A stretch of DNA of 64,000 nucleotides from Octopus sinensis (taxonomy: Eukaryota), in NCBI RefSeq assembly GCF_006345805.1, contig NC_043019.1:15313360-15377359 (forward strand), given 5' to 3'. Below are positions 22,805 through 36,665 of this stretch, in pieces. The position numbers and the translations under genes are program-made. Each line of letters starts with the position of its first letter. Positions within the stretch are counted from its first letter, which is position 1. Below the pieces are notes generated by a model. The model was not told the origin of the DNA, searched no databases, and saw only the letters and a program-made list of their open reading frames with translations.

Positions 22805-23909
22805 TTTTATTATGTTCTAGCCCTAATGTTGTAGCCACACTGGAGCACGATAAGAAGTGAACTACAGCCAGTGTGTGTTTTATTTACAGAATTACTATTT
22901 CATTCTTTAGTCCCAGTTTTGGCCTTGATCAAGAAGCTCTCTGTCCAAAGACGTTTCAGCTATGACTATCTCATCTTTTGGCGTTCCTTCGGTATTGGTC
23001 TAGAGACTGTCAGCGTAACGAGACGACGTCATTCATCCCCCCTTTTCAGCCTAGCTTTTTTTTTTTAATCTCTTGTGAGGGTGAATGACGTCGTATACCA
23101 ATATCGAAGGATTGCCCATTTGTCTGTGTGTGTGTGTGTGAGACGGACTACATTGTCCAAAATGTCGGTTTTTCATCCTTCAAGCCGATAGTGTGTGATT
23201 TGAGGGAGAATTGGTTGTTTTTTCTAGATCAAAAGGACCACGACGTGGCTCACTCGCTGATTCATGTGGTTGTCGAAATGTTTGTGACGATGTTATTATT
23301 GTTTCGATGAGTGTGACGATGTTGGCGGTGGCGGCGGTGTTGGCGGCGGCGGCGGCGGTGGTGGTGGTGGTGGTGGTGGTGGTGGTGGTGAGTGATGTCA
23401 TAGTTGTGACATTGTTTTTATTGTTTGTGACGTAGTGGTTGTGGTGGTATTGAAGTTATGGTTTTTTTTTATTGTTGTGTTTATTGTAAAGTCGATATCA
23501 TCATGGTGTTGTTGTTGATGATGATGGAATAATTTAACCCCGAGTCTGTCCTGATCCAGCAAGACGTATGATTGATCATCAAAAGCATTCCACTCGTGAC
23601 CCATCTCCCCTCCCCGTCACATTCAGACATGGTCTATCTAGGACTCCCTTGTCTAATGTGTATTTCCCTAACAAAAATATTTCATAGGGAACACATTTCC
23701 CTCCCACACACTAACACCCATCTTTGTTATTGATATCCGTGTCTTCCTCTTCCCGTTCCCTTCTTTGAATATCTTTGTCCCGTTCCCCCCCCTCTCTCTC
23801 TCTCTCTGTCCCTTTTCTTTTCCCTTTTCCCTCCCTTTTATTTCTCTTTCCTTCACTTTTGTTTCTCTGCTTTACTTTTACTCTTTTCTTCTCTCTCTTT
23901 CTCTCTTTC

Positions 23910-24310
23910 ATACACACAACTTACTATCTCTTTCTCTCATACTCATAACTTACTATCTCTCTCTCTTTCGCTCTCTCTCATTTCATACATTCAACATACT
24001 ATCTCTCTCTCTCTCTCATACTCATAACTTACTATCTCTCTTTCTTGCTCTCTCTCTATTTCATACTCATAACTTACTATCTCTCTTTCTTGCTCTCTCT
24101 CTATTTCATACACACAACTTACTATCTCTCTTTCTTGCTCTCTCTCTATTTCATACACACAACTTACTATCTCTCTTTCTTGCTCTCTCTCTATTTCATA
24201 CTCATAACTTACTATCTCTCTTTCTTGCTCTTTCTCTATTTCATACACACAACATACTATCTCTCTCTCTCTCATACTCATAACTTACTATCTCTCTCTC
24301 TCTCTCTCTC
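23910..24310. repeat. 45-bp CT-rich minisatellite (~8 copies)
   Basis: Unit TCATACTCATAACTTACTATCTCTCTTTCTTGCTCTCTCTCTATT, which explains the (YEYEIEREQEREIVS)n pseudo-ORF. Confidence 0.9.
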
Positions 24311-24695
24311 ATACACATTATTTTCTATCTTTTTCTCTGTCTCTCTGTCTCTCATACACACACACACACACACAACCCAAAACTTTCCCTCTCTTATACA
24401 ACTTACTCTCTCTTTCTCATACGTACACCTTACTGTCTTTCTCTCACACGCACGCAACTCACCTCTCTCTCTCTCTCTCACTCTGCCTCTCTCTCTTAGA
24501 AAACAACTTTCTCTTTCACAACTTTCTGTCTTTCTCTCACAAATCCCTTTCTCACCACAACTCACGCTATCTCTCTCTTACTACGCTGCCTCCCTGTCTA
24601 TCTGTCTCTCTCTCTCTCTCTTTCTCTCGTTACACACCATCTCTTTTCCTTCGGAGTTTTTCTATCGCCATTTCCTTTCTCTCATTTTCACTCTT

Positions 24696-24734
<39 letters not shown>

Positions 24735-25859
24735 ATCACACTTTCGTTTTCTTTTTCCTTCTCCCTGTCGTCCTCAGCCCCTCTCTCCCTCATCCTCCTT
24801 CACATTTTTCGTTCCTCCTCCAACTCTGTCTCGAACCTTCTTCACCCTCCCTCCATCACTTTATTCCAGTCTTTCTTTCTCCATCCTCCCCACACACTAT
24901 GTTTCAAATAACATCTCTCTCTCTCTCCCCGTCCTTCAGTCTCACTTTCCTCTTTCTCTCTCCCCCACTCTGTCTCCCTCTCCTCTTTCTCACTTTCTCC
25001 CTCCCTCCCTCCCATATAACAACACTGTGAGACCTTCCAATAAATGCCCCACTCCCCACTACATACACACATTTACTGAACCGGCTATTCTACTCCACCT
25101 ACCTCCCTACCTATTCATTCATTCAAGATGTCCCTTTTTTCCCTCATCACATTCACCACAAACATTCACAACCATATATACATATAAATACACACACATC
25201 AGACCCTCACTTATATTCAATATACGACACATACATAAATACATACATACTTCCAGACATACATACATATTCATAGATTGAGGCAGACACGCATATACTC
25301 GTTCCCCACCCCGATTTGGCTCCGTCACAACAATAAAAGTCAGTCGAAGGCCCTTTTGCTTCGATGTCCCTTTGCTTTCCGTGTCCATTCCCATTTCTAA
25401 CCACCTTCACACTCACATTTATTGTCAACGGCCTTTGTTTCGCAACAGACCTTTGCCCTCTGCTTTGTACGAATTGCAAATTGTCTGTGAGGTCGACTTG
25501 AACTTGAAACCGCATCGACTACCGCGGCGGATGAGGGAAACCCTTAATTAAAAAACACCAAATACAGAAACAATGGTGACAGGGTTTACACAGAATCGAT
25601 TATAGAAATAAAACAGACCATAACAATAATATAAACGATATAATTCTGTGAAGTTTAAAAGAAAAAAAAGGATGAATGGTTTGTCTTTGTTTTGGTAAGT
25701 GAATTTCATCATCTCGTTGTTGTTATTAGTCACCTACGTCAAACTTGATCAACCGGGTTTATTATCAAAAGACATTCTTGCCGTGGCCATCTCATCGTTT
25801 TCTTCCTTTCCTTTCATACATACAGTATTTAGGTGGTTGAACTGCTTTGTCCAATGAAT

Positions 25860-26860
25860 GTAATTTCAGAGTGATTTGGTTGCTATTTCTAGCGAGGTTT
25901 TTGTTGTTTAACCCTAGGTCATAGCGGTGATCTAGCCGGTCAGGCTCCTGAGATGACAGACATTCCAGTTATGACTATCACTTTTAAATATTTTTTTAGA
26001 TTTTTAGGGTTGTCTAGGCCCGTCTACATTATTCTGTCACCCTCCTAATTTTAAGACTAGTATGATTTGAGAAAAATTTGGCTGCTTTTTCTAGCTAGGC
26101 TTTTGTTGCTCTTTAACCCTAGGCTAGAGCTCTGATCTGCTCCACCTAAGATCATAGACATTCCAGTTATGACTCGCTTTTTAATTCTATTTATATTTAT
26201 TCATTGTTTAGGGCTGTGTTTCCTTCCCATTTTTATGACTAGTGTATGATTTGAGGAAGATTTGACTGCTATTTCTAGCTACGTTCTTACAGTTGCTTAA
26301 TGCCTTGATGCAGCTGTGCAAACCCCTGAGATAAGACATTCCAATCGTGACTATCACTTTTTAATTTTAATTTAATTTACTTTTAGGGAAGACTGGCGTT
26401 TAATTTGAGAAAGATTTGACTGCTATTTCTAGCTAGATTCTTATTATTTCCAGCTTTAATCTGGCTGAGCAGATCCCTACGATCAGACATTCCAACTGTG
26501 ACAACCACTTCTTAATTTTAATTAATTTTATTATTTAGGAAATGTCTCGGCCCCCCCCTACGCTATCCCATCTCTTTCCCACTTTTAAGACTGGAATATG
26601 ATTTGAGGAAGATTTGGCTGCTATTTCTAGCTAAATTCTTATTGTAGTTTAACCTCAGATCAAAGCTTTGATCTGGCTGAGCAGACCCTTGAGATTACAG
26701 GCATTCCAGCTGTGACTATCGCTTTTTATTTCATATTTTTTTTAAAGAATATCCAGGCTCATCTACATTATCCTATGTTTCCTTCCCATTTTTAAGACTA
26801 GAGTATGATTTGAGGATAATTTGGCTGTTATTTCTTACAGGTCAAACGATTGCGTAGAAG
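25860..26860 (-). repeat. Old, diverged tandem array of dispersed repeat family E (~5 units, 150-210 bp)
   Basis: GATTTG(G/A)CTGCTATTTCTAGC recurs at ~25872, 26077, 26260, 26412, 26611 and 26820, with GACATTCCA..GTGACTATC between occurrences. Confidence 0.8.
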
Positions 26861-27198
26861 CTTTCGAGCCCCGTTGAATGTGTGATGAACCGGTGTGTGT
26901 GTGTGTGTGTTTGTCGTTCCGGTCTGTTGGTGATGGTGGTGTCTTTGTTATGTGGGTGTTGTGATGTTGATAGTGATAATGCTTGCAGTGGCGTGTGTGT
27001 GTATGTGTGTGAATGAGTGACAATAGTTGGTGCTAATAGCAGTATGAATGACTTTATGGTGGTGTAGTAATAGTATTTTGTGGTTACGCTTAGTATATTG
27101 GTTTATAGTGGTACTACCAATATTGTGTGTGTGTGTGTGTATGTGTATGTGTTGTAGCTGTTTACATGTGACATGAACACAAAAATATATAGACAGAC

Positions 27199-27229
<31 letters not shown>

Positions 27230-27244
27230 GATAGATAGATAGAT

Positions 27245-27347
<103 letters not shown>

Positions 27348-29029
27348 GAAAAAAGGATGAGACACACACATATACACACAGAGGATATATATATAGTGGA
27401 GAGAGAAAGAATGAATGAGAAAGTCTCTGGATGGAAGAGAAGCATCCCTATCATTGTTAATGAGTGTAAGAGAAGAGTTAAAAGATGTACGCCTTGTCTC
27501 AGTCACAACCAGGAATGGTGGCGGCGCCAATGTTGGACGACGGTGGAGGGTAAAGCATTGTTTGGTTACGTTACAGACAATAAACATTACTACCAATATT
27601 TCTATCTACTACAAACCACCACTAACTATTATTAATACTACTATTACTAGCTAACTCTGCTAATATAGTTGCACTTGCTGTTTGGAAATCCGTTTTGTTG
27701 GGGTTTTTTTCGGTCCACCGCAACAACAAAAACACTGGATTTCTTAGTAAAAACGTGCGACAAGAGACGGGAGGGAGGCCGGAATCTGAAATCTAATTCG
27801 TTTGGTTTCTTCCTCTCACCCCTAATATCACTATCTGCTTCTGCTGCTGCTACTGATGCTACTGCTACTCCTACTGCTGTTGCTGCTCCTGCTGCTGCTG
27901 CTGCTGCCAACCATTGCAGAAAACAGCAGTAGAACTACCACATCTACTGCTACTTCTTCTAGTTCTGCCAGAAACAACAACTACTACTCCTGTTACTACT
28001 ACACATACACATCTCACATCTACATCTTCACGTATTTCTGAAAAGTCTCAAAGAAAGACGGGAGGGACTACAGTTCAAGTGACATTGGCACAGTTCATGC
28101 CAGTTCGTTGTCTTTCTTTCTCATATTTTTGTTGTTGTTCTTGTTCTTGTTGTTCTTGTCGTTGTTGTTATTGTTGTAGTTGTTGTTAGTTACAGAAATA
28201 ACGAAAACCATCAAGGATCTTTCTTTAACCATCGTATTGTTTTTTCTTCCCCTCATCACATGCCGGACAACATCTTGTAGCGCAAGGATCTATTAACAAC
28301 TATTAATACTATTACTATTACTATTAATATTATTATTATTAATATTATTATTATTACATCATTGACAAGTTAACCCCAGTGACCGGAGTTCTACGCACGC
28401 ACACACAAACACACATATATAAACATACATACACGCACACACATATGTGTATACATGTATCTGTAATGCATGTGTCGTTATATTTATATTCACTAGTTCA
28501 TAAATTATATATATAAATATATATATATACATATATATATACACATATATAGAAAAAAACCCATCAAGTAAGTTGATTGGAATTTTATTTTTAATTTTAG
28601 ATTCAAAAACTCAAGTCTTGTTTTTGTACATTCTTCGAAATCAGAAAGAAGATATATTAATTATTAATTAATATCTTGTTGGAAGTAATAAGATCTTGGA
28701 GAAGAAACAAAATTACAAAAAAAAGGATAAAAACGGAATAAGGAGAAGAAGAAAAAAAACCCCGCAAAATCGAAACAAGGGGAACAGAAAGAGAAAGAGA
28801 AAGAAAAAATAAACAACATCTCTGTTAATTTGTGATTAGATTGTTTATATTATTATATTTGTGTGTGAAACATCTCTGAATATATCACACAATATTATTC
28901 CTGGCATTAAATATTTACCAAATGGATAATGAAAGAAACGGCTGTTTGTTTGGGAATAACTGCTAAGGTAAGGCAAGAAGACACGACCAAGTATTATAAT
29001 TGTTATCCTTCTTTTTTCATCTAGCTATC

Positions 29030-29300
<271 letters not shown>

Positions 29301-29818
29301 TTATTGTCTAACACTGTTATATCTTGTCTGTCTCTGTCTGTCTGTCGGTCTCTCTCTCTCACATCCTGTCTTTCTTTCGCTCTCTTTCTCATCCCCCCTC
29401 TCTCCTGTATATATACCATTTTTTATTCTTTTACAAGTTTCAGGAAATGGACTGTGGCCATGCTACAGCTCACTACTACCGAACAATTGCTGAGACACAC
29501 ACACATACAAACAATAGACACAATATAAGACTAATTTATATGTGTGTGTATACATACATATATATATGTATGCATACACACACATACATACACACGTATA
29601 TAACCACTCACACACATTCTTCTTCCTGGTCCCAGCCAGTATATCTATATATATCTGTAGATGTATCGCAGTTGCATATTATTATAGAAGACGTTCATCC
29701 TTCCTTCCAGGGTCAATAACATCAAGTACCAGTTAACTACTGGGGGGGGTGAGCTTAATTAACAAACACCCCTCCCCACAAATTTCCTGCCTTGTGCCCC
29801 TATATATATATGTGTATG

Positions 29819-29859
<41 letters not shown>

Positions 29860-30176
29860 ATTGTGTTGGGGTGTCTATGTAAATATATATATAGAGATAG
29901 ATAGATAGATAAATAGATAGACAGATAGATAGATGCTATTTTTTTTTATTTTACAAGTCTGAGGAAATGGACTGTGGCCATGCTATGGATCACTACAAGG
30001 GAATAGTCCCTGATAGACACACACAGCAAACAAACAATCTATGCATACACAATATATATATATATATACACATATGATTATAGATATATGTGTATACAAT
30101 AGAAAAAAAACTATTGTCATTGTGTGTATGTGTGAGCCTGTGTATATACATATATGTATATATACAGTTGCATGTG

Positions 30177-30234
<58 letters not shown>

Positions 30235-30700
30235 CATACATACACACACACATATATGCATGTATGTACATATGCATGTATGTATATGCAAGTATGAGTA
30301 GAATCATACTTATGTGAATCTACACTCCCATGTACGTAAATAGAGCCTACTTCACCAGATAATATAACAATTCAAATAGCACAATGTTATTCGTTTCTTG
30401 CCAACATATTCATTCCCACTTATACACACACACATACACACACATATTTATATATATAAATGTATGTATTTATGTATATATGTGTGCATGTATAAATTTG
30501 TCGCCGCGGCAAGTCCCGTACTCTGCCTCTCGGTTGACAGTTCTGCGAAGTTGCTCTCTCTGTCCTTCCATACTCCAGTATGGAAAGCGATGAATGACAA
30601 AATTCTGTATCAAAGTTGTGGTTCACTTCATTAAATATTACAGTCACCAATCGTCGTCCCAGCCTACACCCTCTCTCTCTCTCTCTCTCACTTTCTCTCA

Positions 30701-30735
<35 letters not shown>

Positions 30736-30779
30736 TCCACCTTTTGATAACCACCCACATCTTGTCACCCACATGTTAC

Positions 30780-31007
30780 AATACACCCACATGAATAAGT
30801 ATCTCATTGCAGGTTATGTATACCTACATACATGCATGCATACATACATACATACATACATGACTCTTTCTATATATACATATAGATGTGTATATATACA
30901 CACTCACATACATGTATATACATATATATATATATATTTATATATATATATATGCATGCATATATCTATATACATATATATATAATATATGTATGTATGT
31001 ATGTATG

Positions 31008-31081
<74 letters not shown>

Positions 31082-31169
31082 TTATATGTATACATGTATA
31101 TATATATATATACATGTATATATGTGTGTGTATGTGTGACTGTATATACAAATATATATACATACGTAT

Positions 31170-31221
<52 letters not shown>

Positions 31222-31295
31222 TATGTATATATACATGTATATACATATGTATATATATAATACGTATATATATATATGTTTATGTATGTATATAT

Positions 31296-31328
<33 letters not shown>

Positions 31329-31599
31329 GAATAGACCGTTTTAGGATCATGGCTGTGCTGAGGCATCTAACTCGTTCATGCAATTAGTAAAAAGAAAAAT
31401 CTACATGACGATGAAGGCTAAAATATCATGTGTTCAAAATACAAAAAAAAATCCATGATTCTATCTCCATTTTCTAATACGGAGATGATGATGATGATGA
31501 TGACGACGATGATGATGATTATGACATCGATCATGATTTAAATGCTCATGCTGATGACAATAAAAACGATTGTGATGATGATGATGATGATGGTAGCAG

Positions 31600-31634
<35 letters not shown>

Positions 31635-31641
31635 GTAGCAG

Positions 31642-31673
<32 letters not shown>

Positions 31674-32058
31674 GTAGCAGTGATGATGATGATGATGATG
31701 ATGGTAGCAGTGATGTATATTTAAATTGTATTTTTATTTGCAAACAAAACCTTAACCCCAAAATGCTGTGTTTATGAAATGGTGTTTTTTTTTTTCCCTT
31801 CAAGTAGTTTCCTTAAAGATATATACACACACATATATATGTGTGTGTATATATATATAATATATATATATATGTGTATACACAAAAACATTCACACATA
31901 TATACATATACATATATATGTGAATATATGTATATATATATATATTTGTATATATGTATACACATATATAGACATATATGTGCATATAAATATACAAATA
32001 TATATGTGTATATATATATATATACATATATATATACATACATACATTGACAGACATT

Positions 32059-32090
<32 letters not shown>

Positions 32091-32543
32091 GATAGATAGA
32101 TACTTACATGTACATGCACTCACACACATATACACATGCATATATGATTATTTTCTATATATACATGTGTGTGTGTGTGTGTGTAGGGTGTAATGTGATC
32201 ATTCAGGTAACAAAATGATAGGTGACATATTTATAGTCACCTGAAGAATCGATCAATCGATCGAATCGATCGACCTTACCTGATGTGAGAGAAACTCTGA
32301 GTTGTGTCACAATGGAACCATTGACTTCCAACAATTAGGCAAACACTACCGCAAGTATTGAGTACTATTTATGCCCACCCACCCATTTATTTGTACATTA
32401 CACCCCAACACATGAGTGGGTGTATCCATATACATACAGATATGTTTTATATATATGTATGTATATAAAACACTGTCTCTTGTCACATGCATATATATAT
32501 ATTTGCATGTATGTATATATCTATCTCTATCTATCTATCTAAC

Positions 32544-32574
<31 letters not shown>

Positions 32575-32597
32575 TTATATATATGTATGTTTATACG

Positions 32598-32641
<44 letters not shown>

Positions 32642-32681
32642 TGTTTATAATAAATATTATATATGTTTATATATACATATG

Positions 32682-32713
<32 letters not shown>

Positions 32714-32790
32714 CATATGTATATATATATATATGTATATATAATATATGTATATATATATGTATGTGTATATATATGTATATATATATG

Positions 32791-32838
<48 letters not shown>

Positions 32839-33000
32839 ATATATAAATGTATGTATGTGTATATATATATATATATATAGACAGATATATATATATATAT
32901 ATAATATATATATATAGACAGATAGATAGATATATATGTAGACAGATATATATATATATATATATATATAGATAGATAGATAGATATACATACATGTATG
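30780..33000. repeat. Large (TA)/(TACA)/(GAT) microsatellite complex
   Basis: Several hundred bp of interrupted (TA)n at 30830-31330, 31820-32170 and 32430-33000, and (GAT)n with GGTAGCAGT interruptions at 31485-31715. Confidence 0.95.
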
Positions 33001-34847
33001 TATCTAAGGTAGTGTGTAGAGAAATAATTCAAATGATTGCGGCTGGACCCGCTCCTCGTTATCGAGATTCAGAGAAAACATATGGAGAGTATGCTTTGCT
33101 CCATTCACCGTCGCCCACATGTGGTCATTGTGTCTGGTTTCTCTCAGAGAAACACATTAGGAGATCACTCTGTGCCTTGTTTACATCTTTGTTCTCTTTC
33201 TTTCTCTCTTTCTTTCTTTCTTTTCTGTTTTTGTTTGGCGGCGGCAGGGGTGGGGTGGGGTGGGTTGCCTTTTCGTTTGTTTGTTTGTTTGTTGTTTTTT
33301 TTTATTCAAGCTCTGCTGTGTCCTTCAAGAATGTTGATGCACACTCACATGGGGGGAAGCCCCTTTCTTAACCTACGTCAGGAAAATCTTGTAAGGGCTC
33401 TCCCCTTGAGACAAAAACAACCCCCTAAAAAAAACAAAAGCCTCTTCTACAAATTCTTAACAGAAAAATAAAGGAGAAAACAAAAAAAAAAAAGAAATTA
33501 AATGATATCTAACAAGAATTGATATTTCTAATTAATTATAAAATAATTAAATTCTACATAAGTGTCTAAGTAGTGATATTATATCAATGCTAATTGTTGA
33601 CGCTAATGAAGTTAATTGCTTTAAGACGACAGATTAACGGATCAGTAGAGACACAGACAAAATGTCTTGTGGGGGGGGGGGGGGTTGTGTTTTTTTTTTG
33701 TTTTTTTTTCTGGTTAGAGCGGGGTTTCTGGATTTTATTTTATTCTGTTGTGTACTGAGTTCGGTTCCTATTGAGATCCTTGTTGCTTTCTTTCCTTCTG
33801 GGGCCAATAAAATAAAGGACCACACTAGTCAAGTACAGGGACGGGCGTCAGTATCCTTTTTAGTTCTACCCTCCTCCCCCAATGAAATCATCTTTCAGCC
33901 CTTATTCTTTTACTTGTTTCAGTTGTTAGACTGTGGCCATGCTGGAGCACTGCCCCAAAGACTTTAAGCCAAATGAATTGAGCCCCCAGTACTTTTTTCT
34001 TAAGCCTGGCACCTATTCTATCGCTCTCTCTTGCTGAACTGTTAAGTTACAAGGATGGAAACACACAAAGACTGGTTGCCAAAAGGATGGTGGGGGACAA
34101 GCACAGACACACACACACACACACAGAAACAATGGGCTTCTTTCAGTTTCCGTCTACCAAATCCACTCACAAGGCTTGGGTCAGCCCGAGGCTAAAGTAG
34201 AAGATACTTACCCAAGGTGCCATACAGTGGGTCTGAACCCAGAACTATGTGGTTGGGAAGCAAGCTTCTTAGGAAATTAATCAAGCTTATAAATTATAAT
34301 AATTATTTTTAAATTAGACACAAGGTCAGAAATTTTAAGCAGGGATTTAATTAGTTGTCAACCCTATTATATAACTGGTACTATACCTATTGACTCCCGG
34401 AAGGTGAAAAGTAAAGTTAGTCTTGCCAGGATTTGAACTCAGAATGTTGACACTCAAATGATTCTGTTAATCCACCAACTTATATATATTCTTTTCCACT
34501 CTAGGTACAAGGCCCAAAATTTGGGGGGGAGTGGGTCAGTCGATTAGATTGATCCCAGTATGCAATTGGTACTTAATTTATCGACCCCGAAAGGATGAAA
34601 GGCAAAGTTGACCTTGATGGAATTTGATCTCTGCTAAGTGTTTCGCCCAGCGTGCTAATGTTAATGTCATATATATTATAGCAATAATGCCTTTGTGGTT
34701 AAGAAATCCACTTCCCAACCACTTTGTTCTGGGTTCAGTCCCACTGCATGGACACCACAGGCAAATATTTTCTGCTATAGTTCCAGGTCAACCAAAACAT
34801 TGTAAGTGAATTTGGTAGATGGAAACTAAAAGAAGCCTGTTGTATAT

Positions 34848-35068
34848 ACGCAAGGGGGTGCTGAAATGTTCCTGGTTTTGGGTAAAAGAAAATATAGGAT
34901 GATCAGTAAATTATGATTTTATCCAACAAATTCCCCTCTCAGATTCACACACTTATTGCAACTGTGCTGCAATTTTTCTAAGCCCTGTACAAGAACTCGG
35001 AAGGTTCGGCCTCCAACCAGGCCTTTTGCGATACCCTCAAAGCCAAGAACTTTTCAGCACCCCATCAT
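34848..35068 (-). mobile_element. Mariner-derived MITE (~220 bp) carrying transposase C-terminus
   Basis: Ends GGGGGTGCTGAAATGTTCCTGG and CCAAGAACTTTTCAGCACCCC are inverted. The minus-strand interior resembles a mariner C-terminus (..WLEAEPSEF..GLEKLQHSCNKCVNLRGEFVG*). It sits in the TA slot of a SINE A. Confidence 0.75.
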
Positions 35069-35649
35069 AGGCAAATCAAAAATAAAAACAAAAAGCTAAA
35101 AGAAAAAAATCAAAAGGACATACACAGTGAATGTATTAGGTTGACACTCAGGTTAAGATAGAAAAACGATGGGGAGGGTTTGACGCTTGGTGCATGGATC
35201 TTCATTAGGAAGAAGAAAAATCCAGAGAGAAGGAAAAGAATAGTCTAAGAAAAGTGTGTGTGTGTGTGTATGGTTACATTCACACACATATATGTATATG
35301 TACAGAATGTGAGGTGTTTTGCTGTTACTAGTTTAGCTTCATGTGTAAGTCAATGAATAAGCACAAGTGTGGCCATGTGGTAAGAAGCTCGCTTCCTACC
35401 ACATGGTTCTGGGTTCAGTCCCATTGTGTGGCAGTTTGGTCATGTGTCTTCTACTGTAGCCATGGGCCAACCAAAGTCTTGTGCGTGAATTTTGTAGATA
35501 GAAACTGAAAGAAGCCTGTTGTATTTTTTTATTCTTTTACTTGTTTCAGTCATTTGAATGCAGCCATGCTGGAGCACTGCCTTGGTGGCATGGGTTAGAG
35601 GGTTTGACAGAAGCTGACCAGGCAGAAGACTGCACCAGGCTTCTGTGTC

Positions 35650-35960
35650 TGTTTTGGCATGGTTTTTTGCAGCTGGACGCCCTTCCTAACACCAACCACT
35701 CTGCAGAGTGGACAGAGTGCTTTTTACAGGCGAGGTCAGTTTTGGCAGGGTTTTTTGCAGCTGGACGCCCTTCCTAACACCAACCACTCTGCAGAGTGGA
35801 CAGAGTGCTTTTTACAGGCGAGGTCAGTTTTGGCATGGTTTTTTGCAGCTGGACGCCCTTCCTAACACCAACCACTCTGCAGAGTGGACAGAGTGCTTTT
35901 TACAGGCGAGGTCAGTTTTGGCATCGTTTTTTGCAGCTGGACGCCCTTCCAAATGCCAAC
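35650..35960 (+). repeat. 88-bp tandem repeat (~3.5 copies) inside a dispersed repeat
   Basis: GCTGGACGCCCTTCC at 35672, 35760, 35848 and 35936. The host repeat (GCTGGATGCCCTTCCTAATGCC) also occurs at ~13405 and ~48920. Confidence 0.9.
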
Positions 35961-36334
35961 CACTTTACAATGTGGACTGGATGCTTTTTACATGGCACCA
36001 GCACTGGCAGGGTCAACATGTAACTTTGCAAGACAAGGAATCTTTGAGGAGGGGTGGGCATTGGTGGAGGTGATCTTGTGTCAGATAATGAAAGGTTAGA
36101 GTGTGACAGAGAAACAGAAAGAATGTCCATGTTCCCAGCTGGAGAAGTTTGACGGGATTGAAGGGATCCAAAGCTTGTATCGAGTTCCAGTGTCTGCTTT
36201 GGCATGGTTCCTGTCACTGTATTCTCTTTCTAATGCCTACTGCTTTACAGTACGTACCGGGTATGTTAAGGGCAAATGTACTGTGAAATACCCAACCCCT
36301 TTCGTTATAATTTAACTGGTTAATTTAACATGTT

Positions 36335-36665
36335 AATTTAAATGTTCAATCAAATTTAATTAATCGAATGTGTTCAATCAAATTTGGTCAATCAAATTAG
36401 ATCAGTCAAATTTGGTCAACCAATTAGGTCAATCAAATTTGGTCAATGAAATTAGATCAGTCAGATTTGGCCTGTCAAATTTGCTCTGTGATATTTTGTC
36501 AGTCAGTTTGGTCAATCAAATGAGATCAGTCAAATTTGGTCTGTGATATTTGGTGAACCAATTTGGTCAATGAAATTAGGTCAGTCAAATTTGGTCAGTG
36601 ATATTTGGACATTCAAATTAGGTCAGTCAAATTTGGTCAATCAATTTTGTCAATCAAACAATTGA
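36335..36665. repeat. Degenerate 13-15-bp minisatellite (GGTCAATCAAATT / TCAGTCAAATTT)
   Basis: About 20 imperfect repeats of (G)GTCA(A/G)TCAAATT(A/T)G. Confidence 0.85.

Noticed and set aside
26826-26900. TTTCTTACAG|GTCAAACG.. as a plus-strand exon
   Set aside because: It is the normal continuation of repeat family E (..CTATTTCTAGCAGGTCGAGCG..) rather than a unique exon.
32280-32305. CTGATGTGAGAGAAACTCTGAG as a hammerhead
   Set aside because: The core is CUGAUGU, no GAAA follows the stem, and there is no stem I/III.
30886-33032. Numerous (YI)n ORFs
   Set aside because: They are (TA)n and (TACA)n microsatellite translations.
32994-33371. [31 protein letters not shown].. as a gene
   Set aside because: It starts in a microsatellite, lacks a polypyrimidine acceptor, runs into TTTC low complexity, and shows no recognisable homology. 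The region looks more regulatory than coding.
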